The translations under genes were made by a program, and so were the position numbers. 64,000 nucleotides of DNA from Candidatus Sungiibacteriota bacterium (GTDB lineage: Bacteria > Patescibacteriota > Minisyncoccia > Sungbacterales > HO2-52-23), in NCBI GenBank assembly GCA_016180435.1, contig JACPBG010000001.1, forward strand, positions 8,358-72,357. Direction: 5' to 3'. Numbering within the stretch: position 1 is the first letter of the stretch; each line of letters opens with the position of its first letter. Of this stretch, positions 28,401 to 36,899 are shown in pieces. The notes under the pieces were generated by a model. The model was given only the letters and a program-made list of their open reading frames with translations, ran no database searches and had not been told where the DNA came from.

Positions 28401-28403
28401 ATG

Positions 28404-28545
28404 GCTCGGTATCACTATTTCAAAACACGCTCGTTTTTGCCAGCGCAAAAACTCGTTAAGGGTCGGACAAGTTTTCGCCGTCTGTAGACGGCGAACCATG
28501 CAAACTTGTCCTCCCATTGTTTTGAAATAGCGATACGCTCGCCCA
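28404..28545. repeat. Family A structured repeat, copy A3
   Basis: CTATTTCAAAACA/TGTTTTGAAATAG outer inverted repeat; GTTAAGGGTCGG; CCTCCCATTGT; hairpins TTTTTGC-CAGC-GCAAAAA and TCGCCGTC-TGTA-GACGGCGA. Confidence 0.75.
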
Positions 28546-28559
28546 TAAGCATTGCTTAT

Positions 28560-28748
28560 TGTAGCCGCTTGGCGGCTTCCAAAATAGTTCCCGAGCTTGG
28601 TCGAGGGACTACTTTTAGAGAAGTAAGCAAGGCAATCAAAGTTTGAGTACTCGGACCATGCCGCCGCGCCTCCTGATTGTTTCAAAATCATATTACCTCG
28701 GCCGCATCGCTCGCTTAAATGGTTTTCGCATGGTAGCCGCTTCGCGGC
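28560..28748. repeat. Partial or rearranged family A/D element flanked by direct repeats GTAGCCGCTTGGCGGC / GTAGCCGCTTCGCGGC
   Basis: Contains the D-module AGTTCCCGAGCTTGGTCGAGGGACTAC and the A 3' core GAGTACTCGGACC...CCTCCTGATTGTTTCAAAAT; 16-bp direct repeats at both ends. Confidence 0.55.
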
Positions 28749-28828
28749 CCTTACGATTCGCAATTTTGAGATTAGTTATTTGAGATTATTTAGGATTTAG
28801 AAATTAGGATTTAGGATTTTAGTTTTAT

Positions 28829-29869
28829 ATGCCCATAACCAAAACCACTCAAAAAGTAGATGTAAACCGGCGCCGGATCATAAACGGCGCTGATGCGGAT
28901 GTGATGCAGCTCTATCCCATCAGGCATAAATTTGCCTGGGACGCTTATTTGGCGGCAAATGCCAATCACTGGCTGCCTACCGAGATGAGCATGCAAAAGG
29001 ACGTGGAGCAGTGGAAGTCAAAAACCGTTCTTTCCGATGATGAGCGCTTAGCGCTTAAAGTGGTGCTTGGTTTTTTTACCACCGGCGACTCCATCGCGGC
29101 CAATAATATTATTATGGCGATTTATCGCCACATCACTTCCCCGGAGTGCCGTATGTATTTATTGCGCCAGGGATTCGAGGAAGCGGTTCATACCCACTCC
29201 TATCAATATATTGTGGAGAGTTTGGGATTGGATGAGGGGGAAATTTTCAATATGTACCGTGAAATTGATGCGATTTATGACAAAGACGTTTTTATTTTGG
29301 GATTTAATGAGGGAATTTTTAATAATCAATTTAAAACCGGAACATTTGAAGCTGATCAGAAATTTCTTGAGAATCTGATCGTATCCTATTTAATTATGGA
29401 GGGCATTTTTTTCTACAGCTCGTTTGCCGTTATGTTCGGATTTCAGCGCCAAAACAAGATGGCGGGATCAGCCGAGCAGATACAATATATTATGCGCGAT
29501 GAATCCCAGCATCTTAATTTCGGGATTGAGATGATAAATGCAATTAAGCAGGAGGAGCCGCAATTGTGGACCCCGGAGTTCCAGCAGCGCGCCGTTGATC
29601 TGATAAAAAAAGGGGTGGTGCTTGAATATACGTTTGCGCAAGAGGTTTTTCCGCGCGGGATCTTTGGCATGAATTCAGAGGGTTTCCGTAAATATATCGA
29701 GCATATTGCGGATAGGCGCCTGGCGCGTATAGGGCTTTCCCAGCAATATGGAAGTCCCAATCCCTTTCCTTGGATGTCGGAGGCCATAGATCTTTCTAAA
29801 GAGAAGAATTTTTTTGAAACCAGAGTCACCGAATACCAGACAGGCGGGGCCCTTAATTTTGATTTTTGA
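28829..29869 (+). CDS. nrdB: Ribonucleoside-diphosphate reductase beta subunit (di-iron/tyrosyl radical)
   Basis: EEAVHTHSYQYI and ESQHLNFG iron-ligand motifs. Confidence 0.9.
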   Translation: MPITKTTQKVDVNRRRIINGADADVMQLYPIRHKFAWDAYLAANANHWLPTEMSMQKDVEQWKSKTVLSDDERLALKVVLGFFTTGDSIAANNIIMAIYRHITSPECRMYLLRQGFEEAVHTHSYQYIVESLGLDEGEIFNMYREIDAIYDKDVFILGFNEGIFNNQFKTGTFEADQKFLENLIVSYLIMEGIFFYSSFAVMFGFQRQNKMAGSAEQIQYIMRDESQHLNFGIEMINAIKQEEPQLWTPEFQQRAVDLIKKGVVLEYTFAQEVFPRGIFGMNSEGFRKYIEHIADRRLARIGLSQQYGSPNPFPWMSEAIDLSKEKNFFETRVTEYQTGGALNFDF

Positions 29870-29892
29870 GCGGCATTATCAGTAATTTTAAT

Positions 29893-30090
29893 TTCAGACA
29901 CGATTCGCGCTCTCCTGTGGAGCGCTCACTAAAGGTCGGACGCGAAACCGAGCACTCAAATTATTATATTGATGATAGTTCCCGAGTTTATCGAGGGACT
30001 ACCATAATTTATGGCATTATTGATTATCGGAGTGCTCGGACCGAGCTTTCGCGCCCTCCCATTGTCTGAAATTAAAATTACTGAACGCCT
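29893..30090. repeat. Family A structured repeat, long variant, copy A4, carrying a central D-type module
   Basis: TAATTTTAATTTCAGACAC / GTCTGAAATTAAAATTA outer inverted repeat; CTAAAGGTCGG; CCTCCCATTGTCTGAAATT; central TTCCCGAGTTTATCGAGGGACTACC. Confidence 0.75.
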
Positions 30091-30177
30091 CTCCTGGTTT
30101 TTGTTAATAGTTTGCTCATTGTAGCCGTTTAAGACGGCTGTTAATTTAATACGAATTAGTGCGGGGTTATATATTTT

Positions 30178-31035
30178 TCATATCCTAAACCGATTTTTCA
30201 ACATTTTTCGGGCATAAGCCGGGAGTTTGAATGAAGCTATAAATTTTTTAAGCCCTTTTTCGTTCATTTCCGCAAAATACTTATCTCCGAAATCCCCCAG
30301 GCCGGGTACGATAAAGCCGCGTTTATCCAATTTTTTGTCCAACGCTCCGGTTATGATCCGGATTTTAGGATATTTTTGTTTGATTCGGGTGACTCCTATC
30401 GGAGCGGCCACTACTGAATTGATGATTATATTTTGAGTTAGTGCGCCGCATTTTTTGATCCTTAGAACAGCATCCAGAATGGTATGGCCGGTTGCCAGCA
30501 TGGGGTCGGCGATGATTATCACGTCGTTTTTTTCCAGCGCGGGACATAGCTCATAGTTAACAACCGGGTGTAAAGTTTTTTCATCCCGCTGGGAGCTTAA
30601 GTGGTAAAATCGCCTGACACCCAAATTGCGATAACTTTTGCCAAAGGCCAGACCGGAACGCCAGGGCATCAGCACTATTATTCGGGCGCGGCTGCGGACA
30701 CCGGTTATATCTGCGGTCCTGGAGGCCAGCGCTTTTAAAATCCCTTCGGCAGCTTTTCTGAATTCTTTTCCTTTGGTTTGCCGTCTCCAGGGAGATTTCG
30801 GATATCCCTTTCTTAGGATATTAAATTTTTTTTGAAATTCGGGCCGATTTTGGATTAGGACTTCGCAAGAGTTGTTTTTTACCCCGTTAGAACGCCGCCG
30901 ACTTCTGCTCGCCTCGCTAAAGCTATGGCGAAGCGGGTCGGTGGTAACGGCAGAGATAGCCGATGGGGATATAATACTCCCATTGGCAGGTTGCGAAGCG
31001 CCCGTTCTAATGGGGTTTGCCATTTGCATCAGCAT
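30178..31035 (-). CDS. upp: Uracil phosphoribosyltransferase. The start is uncertain; the ORF extends upstream through the family B repeat
   Basis: Alignable along its length to UPRT: ...IIIADPMLATGHTI...IVPGLGDFGDKYF. Confidence 0.8.
   Translation of the reverse strand: MLMQMANPIRTGASQPANGSIISPSAISAVTTDPLRHSFSEASRSRRRSNGVKNNSCEVLIQNRPEFQKKFNILRKGYPKSPWRRQTKGKEFRKAAEGILKALASRTADITGVRSRARIIVLMPWRSGLAFGKSYRNLGVRRFYHLSSQRDEKTLHPVVNYELCPALEKNDVIIIADPMLATGHTILDAVLRIKKCGALTQNIIINSVVAAPIGVTRIKQKYPKIRIITGALDKKLDKRGFIVPGLGDFGDKYFAEMNEKGLKKFIASFKLPAYARKMLKNRFRI
30882..31015. repeat. Family B element, copy B1. Terminal inverted repeat CCCCGTTAGAACG / CGTTCTAATGGGG; conserved 5' GAACGCCGCCGACT; internal TATAAT-containing palindrome GGGGATATAATACTCCC
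   Basis: Read directly; second copy at 53702-53803. Confidence 0.7.
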
Positions 31036-31059
31036 GGTTTTATTATAATATAGAATGGT

Positions 31060-31782
31060 ATGCAGGAAAAATTCATACACAATGAGAAAATGCATCAGGT
31101 CGGAGGCAAGTATCTCGGAGATTTGGTATACGGCGCGAATGATGGAATAGTTACGACATTTGCCGTGATTTCAGGAGCAGCCGGAGCCGGCCTTTCTTCG
31201 GGTATTGTCGTGATTTTAGGGTTGGCCAATCTTTTGGGTGATGGAATCTCCATGGGGCTTTCCAATTTTCTTTCGCTCCGCTCCGAAAGGGATTTTCATC
31301 GTATGGAACGCAGCCGTGAATATATGGAAATCGAAAAATTTCCCCATGAGGAGCGGGAAGAGGTCCGGGTTGCTTTGCGAAAATGGGGGATAACGGAAGA
31401 GCATATTCCGGTTATGGTGGAATCCATAACACGCGATAAAAAGAGATGGGTTGATTTTATGATGGTGGAGGAACTGGGTATAGTTGAGGACCGGATTGAT
31501 TCGCCGCTGACACACGGGTTTATGACTTTTGCGGCGTTCCTTATCGCCGGAATTTTACCGCTCATTCCTTATTTATTCGGAGTGGAGGAGGATCTGCAGT
31601 TTCTCGTATCTTTTATGGCTACTGCGCTTGCGCTTTTTGCGGTTGGCGCTGCCCGTTCATTGGTGATCAAGATGCCGTGGTTTCGCGCCGGACTTGAAAT
31701 GCTGATGGTTGGCGGTCTGGCAACGGGCGCGGCATATATGATGGGAGGTATAGTAAAAGCGTTATGGGGAATTGTGATTTAA
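31060..31782 (+). CDS. VIT1/CCC1-family iron/manganese transporter
   Basis: LVYGANDGIVTTFAVISGAAGAG...GDGISMGLS: VIT family signature; C-terminal TM helices. Confidence 0.75.
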   Translation: MQEKFIHNEKMHQVGGKYLGDLVYGANDGIVTTFAVISGAAGAGLSSGIVVILGLANLLGDGISMGLSNFLSLRSERDFHRMERSREYMEIEKFPHEEREEVRVALRKWGITEEHIPVMVESITRDKKRWVDFMMVEELGIVEDRIDSPLTHGFMTFAAFLIAGILPLIPYLFGVEEDLQFLVSFMATALALFAVGAARSLVIKMPWFRAGLEMLMVGGLATGAAYMMGGIVKALWGIVI

Positions 31783-31837
31783 CAGATAGCATCTGGCGTG
31801 CTATCTTTTATATGGGCGTTTCTATCGATCGTATCTT

Positions 31838-31918
31838 GAAGAGTATTGTTCGAGCGAAGTCGAGAACTTTCCTAAGGTAGCCGCGCTCGAGAGCCAGCGC
31901 GGAATTATCCAGTTAAAC
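31838..31918. repeat. Family C 80-nt element, copy C1, immediately upstream of ppiB
   Basis: AGAGTATTGTTCGAGCGAAGTCGAGAACTTTCCTAAGGTAGCCGCGCTCGAGAGCCAGCGCGGAATTATCCAGTTAAAC; about 95% identical to 58432-58512. Confidence 0.8.
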
Positions 31919-31920
31919 TC

Positions 31921-32580
31921 ATGGCAAATTCTAATGCTAAAATTTTCGTAATAATTATAGCGATTTTAATTATAGCAGCTGGGATTCATTATATAACTAC
32001 GCAATATTCCGGAGGAGGGGAGGATGTTTCTAATCAAACTGTTTCTGCGCTGGCGCCGGAATCCGCCAAAAATTTTATGTATAAAATAACTATTGAGACC
32101 AATAAGGGAAAAATCCAATTTGAAACGTATGATGCGGATGCGCCCAAAGCCGTGGAAAATTTTGTGGCTCTTGCGGATAAAGGGTATTACAACGGCGTAA
32201 TTTTTCACCGCGTTATTAAAGGATTCATGATACAGGGCGGCGATCCTTTTTGTGCGTCAAGTCCCGCCGATGATAAGGGGCCGTGCGGCACCGGAGGGCC
32301 GGGATATAAATTTGCGGACGAATTGGATTCGACAGCCGAATCGTACAAAAATGGATATAAAAAAGGCGTGGTGGCCATGGCTAATGCCGGTCCGGATACT
32401 AACGGCAGCCAGTTTTTTATAATGCTGGAAAATTATCCGTTGCCGAATAACTATACGATTTTCGGAAAAGTTGTTTCCGGCCAAGATGTAGTGGATGCTA
32501 TTGGCGGCGTTAAAACAGGCGCGGGAGATCGCCCGGTTGATGCCGTAATTATGCAGAAAGTCACCGTGGATAAATTATGA
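31921..32580 (+). CDS. ppiB: Peptidyl-prolyl cis-trans isomerase, cyclophilin type, membrane-anchored
   Basis: HRVIKGFMIQGGDP...GVVAMANAGPDTNGSQFFI; N-terminal TM helix. Confidence 0.85.
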   Translation: MANSNAKIFVIIIAILIIAAGIHYITTQYSGGGEDVSNQTVSALAPESAKNFMYKITIETNKGKIQFETYDADAPKAVENFVALADKGYYNGVIFHRVIKGFMIQGGDPFCASSPADDKGPCGTGGPGYKFADELDSTAESYKNGYKKGVVAMANAGPDTNGSQFFIMLENYPLPNNYTIFGKVVSGQDVVDAIGGVKTGAGDRPVDAVIMQKVTVDKL

Positions 32581-32801
32581 GAATTAGTTTGATAGTAAAA
32601 CCCGGTGCTGGAAAAAATCAGGTGATTAAAAAATCAGAGGGCGTTTTAGCCGTATACGTTACCGCAGCGCCGGAGAAGGGCAAAGCCAATGGGGCCGTTA
32701 TCAAGCTCTTGGCGGATTATTTCGGAATTGCCAAAAGCCGGATTCGTATTATTTCCGGGTTTTCCTCAAAGAACAAAATTGTGAAAATTTTAAGTATGTA
32801 A
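32577..32801 (+). CDS. DUF167 (YggU/UPF0235)-family protein
   Basis: ISLIVKPGAGKNQV...VYVTAAPEKGKANGAVIKLLADYFG. Confidence 0.7.
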   Translation: MRISLIVKPGAGKNQVIKKSEGVLAVYVTAAPEKGKANGAVIKLLADYFGIAKSRIRIISGFSSKNKIVKILSM

Positions 32802-32815
32802 TATTATAAGCCAAT

Positions 32816-32898
32816 TTTATTCTTCGAGCCTGTCGAGAAGTACATTATGGATTAAGGTAATTTCTCGACGCGCCGCCGCTGCGGCTTGCTCGAAAAAT
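32816..32898. repeat. Family D palindromic element (TTCGAG-N5-TCGAGAAGTAC ... AAGGTA ... TTCTCGAC ... CTCGAA) upstream of the cupredoxin gene
   Basis: ATTCTTCGAGCCTGTCGAGAAGTACATTATGGATTAAGGTAATTTCTCGACGCGCCGCCGCTGCGGCTTGCTCGAAAAA. Confidence 0.65.
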
Positions 32899-32907
32899 AA
32901 CTTATGT

Positions 32908-33465
32908 ATGCATAAACAAAATTTAAATAAGGGATTTGGATTGACCGCCGCCATAATTGTTGTGGCACTGGCGTTTATTATAGCCAGCGGATCATATTTG
33001 GCAATCAAGCGCCAAGCCGAGCAGGCGCGTGAAACCCAAGAAAAGGCGCTTAGCGATGGCGATGCTAAACTGAAAGAAATGCGCATGATGCGGAGCGAGA
33101 TGATGGGTGATAATGAGGGCGCCATAAAAACGGATACCGGAAAAGGAATGATGGTGCCGGGTTATGAGGGCATGATGAGTGATAAAGAAGTAACGCATTT
33201 GGTCAATCTGACCGCAACTAATTTTGCTTTTTCGCAATCGCTAATCAGGGTGAAAAAAGGGGAAAAGATTGAACTTACCTTTGAAGTTACGCAGGGATTC
33301 CATAATTTCGTGGTAGATGAGTTTAAGGCGCGCACCAAGCAAATGAATGCCGGAGGAAAAGAAACCATTGAATTTATCGTCAATAAGGCCGGAACCTTTG
33401 AATATTATTGCAGCGTAGGAAGCCATAGGCAGATGGGAATGAAGGGGAAGCTGGTTGTGGAGTGA
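32908..33465 (+). CDS. Cupredoxin (plastocyanin/azurin-like blue-copper) domain protein, membrane-anchored
   Basis: FHNFVVDE...YYCSVGSHRQMGMKGKLVV (His/Cys/His/Met type-1 Cu ligands); N-terminal TM helix. Confidence 0.7.
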   Translation: MHKQNLNKGFGLTAAIIVVALAFIIASGSYLAIKRQAEQARETQEKALSDGDAKLKEMRMMRSEMMGDNEGAIKTDTGKGMMVPGYEGMMSDKEVTHLVNLTATNFAFSQSLIRVKKGEKIELTFEVTQGFHNFVVDEFKARTKQMNAGGKETIEFIVNKAGTFEYYCSVGSHRQMGMKGKLVVE

Positions 33466-33509
33466 TATTTTATTTTTGTATCGAGGTTTTTTGGTTGTGA
33501 GCATATATT

Positions 33510-33539
33510 CGTCATCCCGTTGACAAAATAGCACACGCT
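33510..33539 (+). promoter_or_regulatory. Sigma70-like promoter TTGACA-N18-TATATT with the 15-bp palindrome AGCACACGCTGTGCT in the spacer, overlapping the -10 element
   Basis: Consensus -35 and near-consensus -10 read directly; perfect dyad AGCACA-CGC-TGTGCT. Confidence 0.55.
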
Positions 33540-33594
33540 GTGCTATATTGTTTTTAGTACATTATCATAAAATCATTTGAAGAAGGGGTAAAAA

Positions 33595-33909
33595 ATGAAG
33601 AAAGAAATTCGAAAGACGGCGCACGGAACGTTTCACCAAGATTATTGTGGACTTTGGCATTACACATATGAAGAATGTTTCGGTACTGTGAGTCAGGCGG
33701 CAGAAGATGCAGTCAAAAACCGCCCCAAAGGTGCCACGTGGTTCTGGTTTAATGATACACCTGCACATATCAGGCCGGACGACAGCGCTCCAACGCTTGT
33801 AGGGCGTTGGGAACTATGGAGGCAAGATTATCAATGCGATCCCAAAATTTTGTGGGAGCGACTACGTGGTTATGTTTCAGATAGCAGGGCTGGGGCTATA
33901 AGAGCATAA
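33595..33909 (+). CDS. Hypothetical protein
   Basis: ORF downstream of the promoter; Cys/His/Trp-rich. Confidence 0.35.
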   Translation: MKKEIRKTAHGTFHQDYCGLWHYTYEECFGTVSQAAEDAVKNRPKGATWFWFNDTPAHIRPDDSAPTLVGRWELWRQDYQCDPKILWERLRGYVSDSRAGAIRA

Positions 33910-33986
33910 GGAAACAACTGTATCATTTATCTGATGCAGTATTTTATTGCTAAATTTATGGAGCATGATATAAAGATATCAGTACT

Positions 33987-34520
33987 TTGCAAGATTATTG
34001 CGGTAAAAAATTGGCCAAGATTAAAGCCAAGCCCAAATTAAAAGATTACGTTTTAGTGGTAACATGTGTTGTGATAAGAAAAGTGCGCGGAAAGGGACCG
34101 AAGGTTCTCATCATAAAGCGTTCTATGCGCGAAAAGGAGGGTCCTGGGCTTTGGGGGATTCCTGGCGGACGAATTACTCCTGCGGATTGGATAAAACTCG
34201 ATTCAGAGGGACTTTCGCATGAATTATGGGTGGGTGCGCTTAAACGTGCTTGTTGCCGAGAGCTTAAAGAGGAAACGAGCCTTATGGCGCCGGTGCTTAA
34301 TTTGCTTGTAGGAGAGGAGCGTTTGTTTTTCCGCAAATCCGGCGAACCATCCGTTTTTTTTACGTTTTGGACTCAAAAAACTCAATGGGGGAAGGTATGT
34401 CTGGATAAGGGCGGATTGGTTTATAAATGGATATCGCCTAAGGATCTGGAAAAGTATTCATTCATCGGGGACGTGAAAAACATTATAAAGATTGCATTAA
34501 ATTTTGCCGCCATGGCGTAA
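33987..34520 (+). CDS. NUDIX hydrolase
   Basis: Nudix box GALKRACCRELKEETSL (GX5EX7REUXEEXGU). Confidence 0.7.
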   Translation: MQDYCGKKLAKIKAKPKLKDYVLVVTCVVIRKVRGKGPKVLIIKRSMREKEGPGLWGIPGGRITPADWIKLDSEGLSHELWVGALKRACCRELKEETSLMAPVLNLLVGEERLFFRKSGEPSVFFTFWTQKTQWGKVCLDKGGLVYKWISPKDLEKYSFIGDVKNIIKIALNFAAMA

Positions 34521-34845
34521 ATACGCCGGCGGATTTTTTATCTTTCGTCCGCCAGAAAACGCGGCAGTTTGCTGCCGCGATGAATGGCGGAAACGAAAGA
34601 TAACCCCTCACCAATTTTGCCATGATATGCCGCTTAACGCCCATGGGCAGACCAACATGTAAATCGGGTGCGAAGCGCGCGTGCCGCACAGGCACATCCT
34701 GTTATGGGCGAAGCGCTTCGCGATCCGCCATCTCGCAAAATTGGTGACGGGGTTCTATAGATAGAATCTCGGCAGCTTTCTGTTGAGAAATTCAATTTGA
34801 CATAAATTATTCCCCATAGTACTTTTTATATACGGACATTGTCAA

Positions 34846-35301
34846 TTGAAAGGAGTTGTGAACGTGATGGGGCAAACGCTGGTTTTGATTAAGCCGGACG
34901 CCGTAAAGATGAATCTTGCCATAGCGATAATGAAAGAGTTCTGGAAAGAGGATTTTCGTTTGGTTGCCGCGTGTTGTAAAATTCCAACGGTAGAACTCGT
35001 TGAGGCGCATTACCGGGAAAAGTTTTTGGAATGTCCCGAACTTCGCGCTCCGGTTATAGAATATTTCATGTCTGGCATGATATTTGCAGTAATACTAGCG
35101 CGAGAGGATGCGGTTGCCAAAGCGCGTATGCTTGTCGGTCCCATAACAAATGCTCCGGCCGGGACTATACGTGGAGATTTTCGGAAAGATCAGAGTGATG
35201 CTTTGTACACTTTAGTGCATGCGTCTGATTCGCCGGAAGCGGCGGAGCGTGAAATAGGCATATGGTTTTCTGCATCATACGCGGAGCCAAAATGGAGGTG
35301 A
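34846..35301 (+). CDS. ndk: Nucleoside diphosphate kinase (true start probably at ATG 34867)
   Basis: TLVLIKPDAV...GTIRGDF...LVHASDSPEAAEREIGIWF (active-site His). Confidence 0.85.
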   Translation: MKGVVNVMGQTLVLIKPDAVKMNLAIAIMKEFWKEDFRLVAACCKIPTVELVEAHYREKFLECPELRAPVIEYFMSGMIFAVILAREDAVAKARMLVGPITNAPAGTIRGDFRKDQSDALYTLVHASDSPEAAEREIGIWFSASYAEPKWR

Positions 35302-35563
35302 AAAGTATGGTCGATAAAGAATATAGAGAACAACTTTTTGCCGAAGCGATTGCGCAACATCGCAATTCGCTTTTTCCAAAAGAACGCGCTGCTGCATTGC
35401 AGAACGCTCAAAGATGTTTAGAGCTGCTAAAAGGGGTTCAAAGCATTAGTGATGCGGCAACAAGTCGGGTATCAATTACGGTGAACCGCTATACTGTTCT
35501 TCTGCCGGAATACCTACATTTCGATACGGCGGGGGAGCATTTCCGCGCCGCGGGCATCAGGAT

Positions 35564-36739
35564 TTAAATCCGCTCCACTTCTGCGCGTTTTATCGCGCCG
35601 CTAATCAGCGTTGTTAACTTGAGCTTCTGCTCAAGTTTTTTTATTTCCGCAAGTTTTCCTTCCGCAGTCGGATGCGCAGGAATAAAAAGCGTACAGCAAT
35701 CTTCCTGCGGTTTTATGGAAATGGCATATGTCCCGATTTTTTTGGCGCGCTCGATTATTTCTTCTTTGTCCATGCCAATCAGGGGACGTAATATTGGAAT
35801 TTTGGTGACTTCTTCAATTATGGCAAGGTTTCTTGCGGTTTGGGATCCGACCTGTCCCAATGCTTCGCCGGTTACCAATGTCTCGCAGTGTTCTTTTTGC
35901 GCAATGCGTTCAGCAATTTTCATCATCGCACGGCGATATAAGAGTATGCGATATTTAGGGTCTGCATGCAATTTTATTTTTAACTGTATACCGGAAAACG
36001 GCATAAAATATATTTTAAGCGAGGGCTGGAAGCGCAAAAATTCCCGCGCAAGCTCACGCACTTTTTCCACGCTTTTTTGCGATACCAGGGGAAAGCTATG
36101 GAAGTGAAGCCATATATTTGCGGCGCCGCGCCGCGCGATCATGTGCGACGCGACCGGCGAATCAATGCCTCCGGATATCAGAGTTAAAACCCCGCCTTGC
36201 GTACCCGCCGGAAGCCCGCCCGCGCCTTTTTCTTTTTTGAAATAAAGAAACCACCCGGCATTTCGGCGCTCAATAAAAATTTCTTTGTCAGGATCATCAA
36301 GATTTACGCGGCGTTTTATATGCGGCGCGATATTCTCAATTATATTCTCGCGGCTTTCGCTATCGTTTCCGGATTTTCCAATTCGCATGGCAAATGTTTC
36401 TTTTTCGCCTATCCAATCGCGCCAATGCGCTTTGATAAATTTTTGGATATCCGACAATTCTCTATTCCGGAAAAAATATGCCTCGCTAAACCAGGAGATG
36501 CCGAATAGTCCTTTGAGGACATCTCCTGTTTTTTCGGCATCTGTTGATTCAACGAAAATCCGTTCGCGCAGCAGATGGACTTTATATGTGATGCCGGCAT
36601 TTTTAAACAACTGCACGGCATTATCAATCAGGCGTTTGCGCATGATGCTTTCTACCCCGCGGGATTTCAAAAACATCTCGCCAAAGGCAAGCAGGAATCC
36701 GTGTTTTAGGACATCAGTATTTACCATACTAATCAGCAT
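35564..36739 (-). CDS. thiI: tRNA 4-thiouridine(8) synthase ThiI (THUMP plus PP-loop)
   Basis: PP-loop LISGGIDSPVASHM; THUMP-like N-terminus. Confidence 0.8.
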   Translation of the reverse strand: MLISMVNTDVLKHGFLLAFGEMFLKSRGVESIMRKRLIDNAVQLFKNAGITYKVHLLRERIFVESTDAEKTGDVLKGLFGISWFSEAYFFRNRELSDIQKFIKAHWRDWIGEKETFAMRIGKSGNDSESRENIIENIAPHIKRRVNLDDPDKEIFIERRNAGWFLYFKKEKGAGGLPAGTQGGVLTLISGGIDSPVASHMIARRGAANIWLHFHSFPLVSQKSVEKVRELAREFLRFQPSLKIYFMPFSGIQLKIKLHADPKYRILLYRRAMMKIAERIAQKEHCETLVTGEALGQVGSQTARNLAIIEEVTKIPILRPLIGMDKEEIIERAKKIGTYAISIKPQEDCCTLFIPAHPTAEGKLAEIKKLEQKLKLTTLISGAIKRAEVERI

Positions 36740-36899
36740 ACTACACGCGGTCGTCCAGTTTTACTTGACAGTGTTGGATAAAATATGGTATAATTATATC
36801 ATTGAACTTTGATAATTTTTTGAAAGTTTGAATTATATTCTTCGAGCGAAGTCGAGAAGATACCTGTGATACCGATTCATTTGCAAGTCGGAGGTTAAT

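Noticed and set aside
36197-36812. ORFs 36197-36508+ and 36285-36812+ opposite thiI
   Set aside because: They are fully antisense to the well-supported ThiI gene, with no independent motif support.
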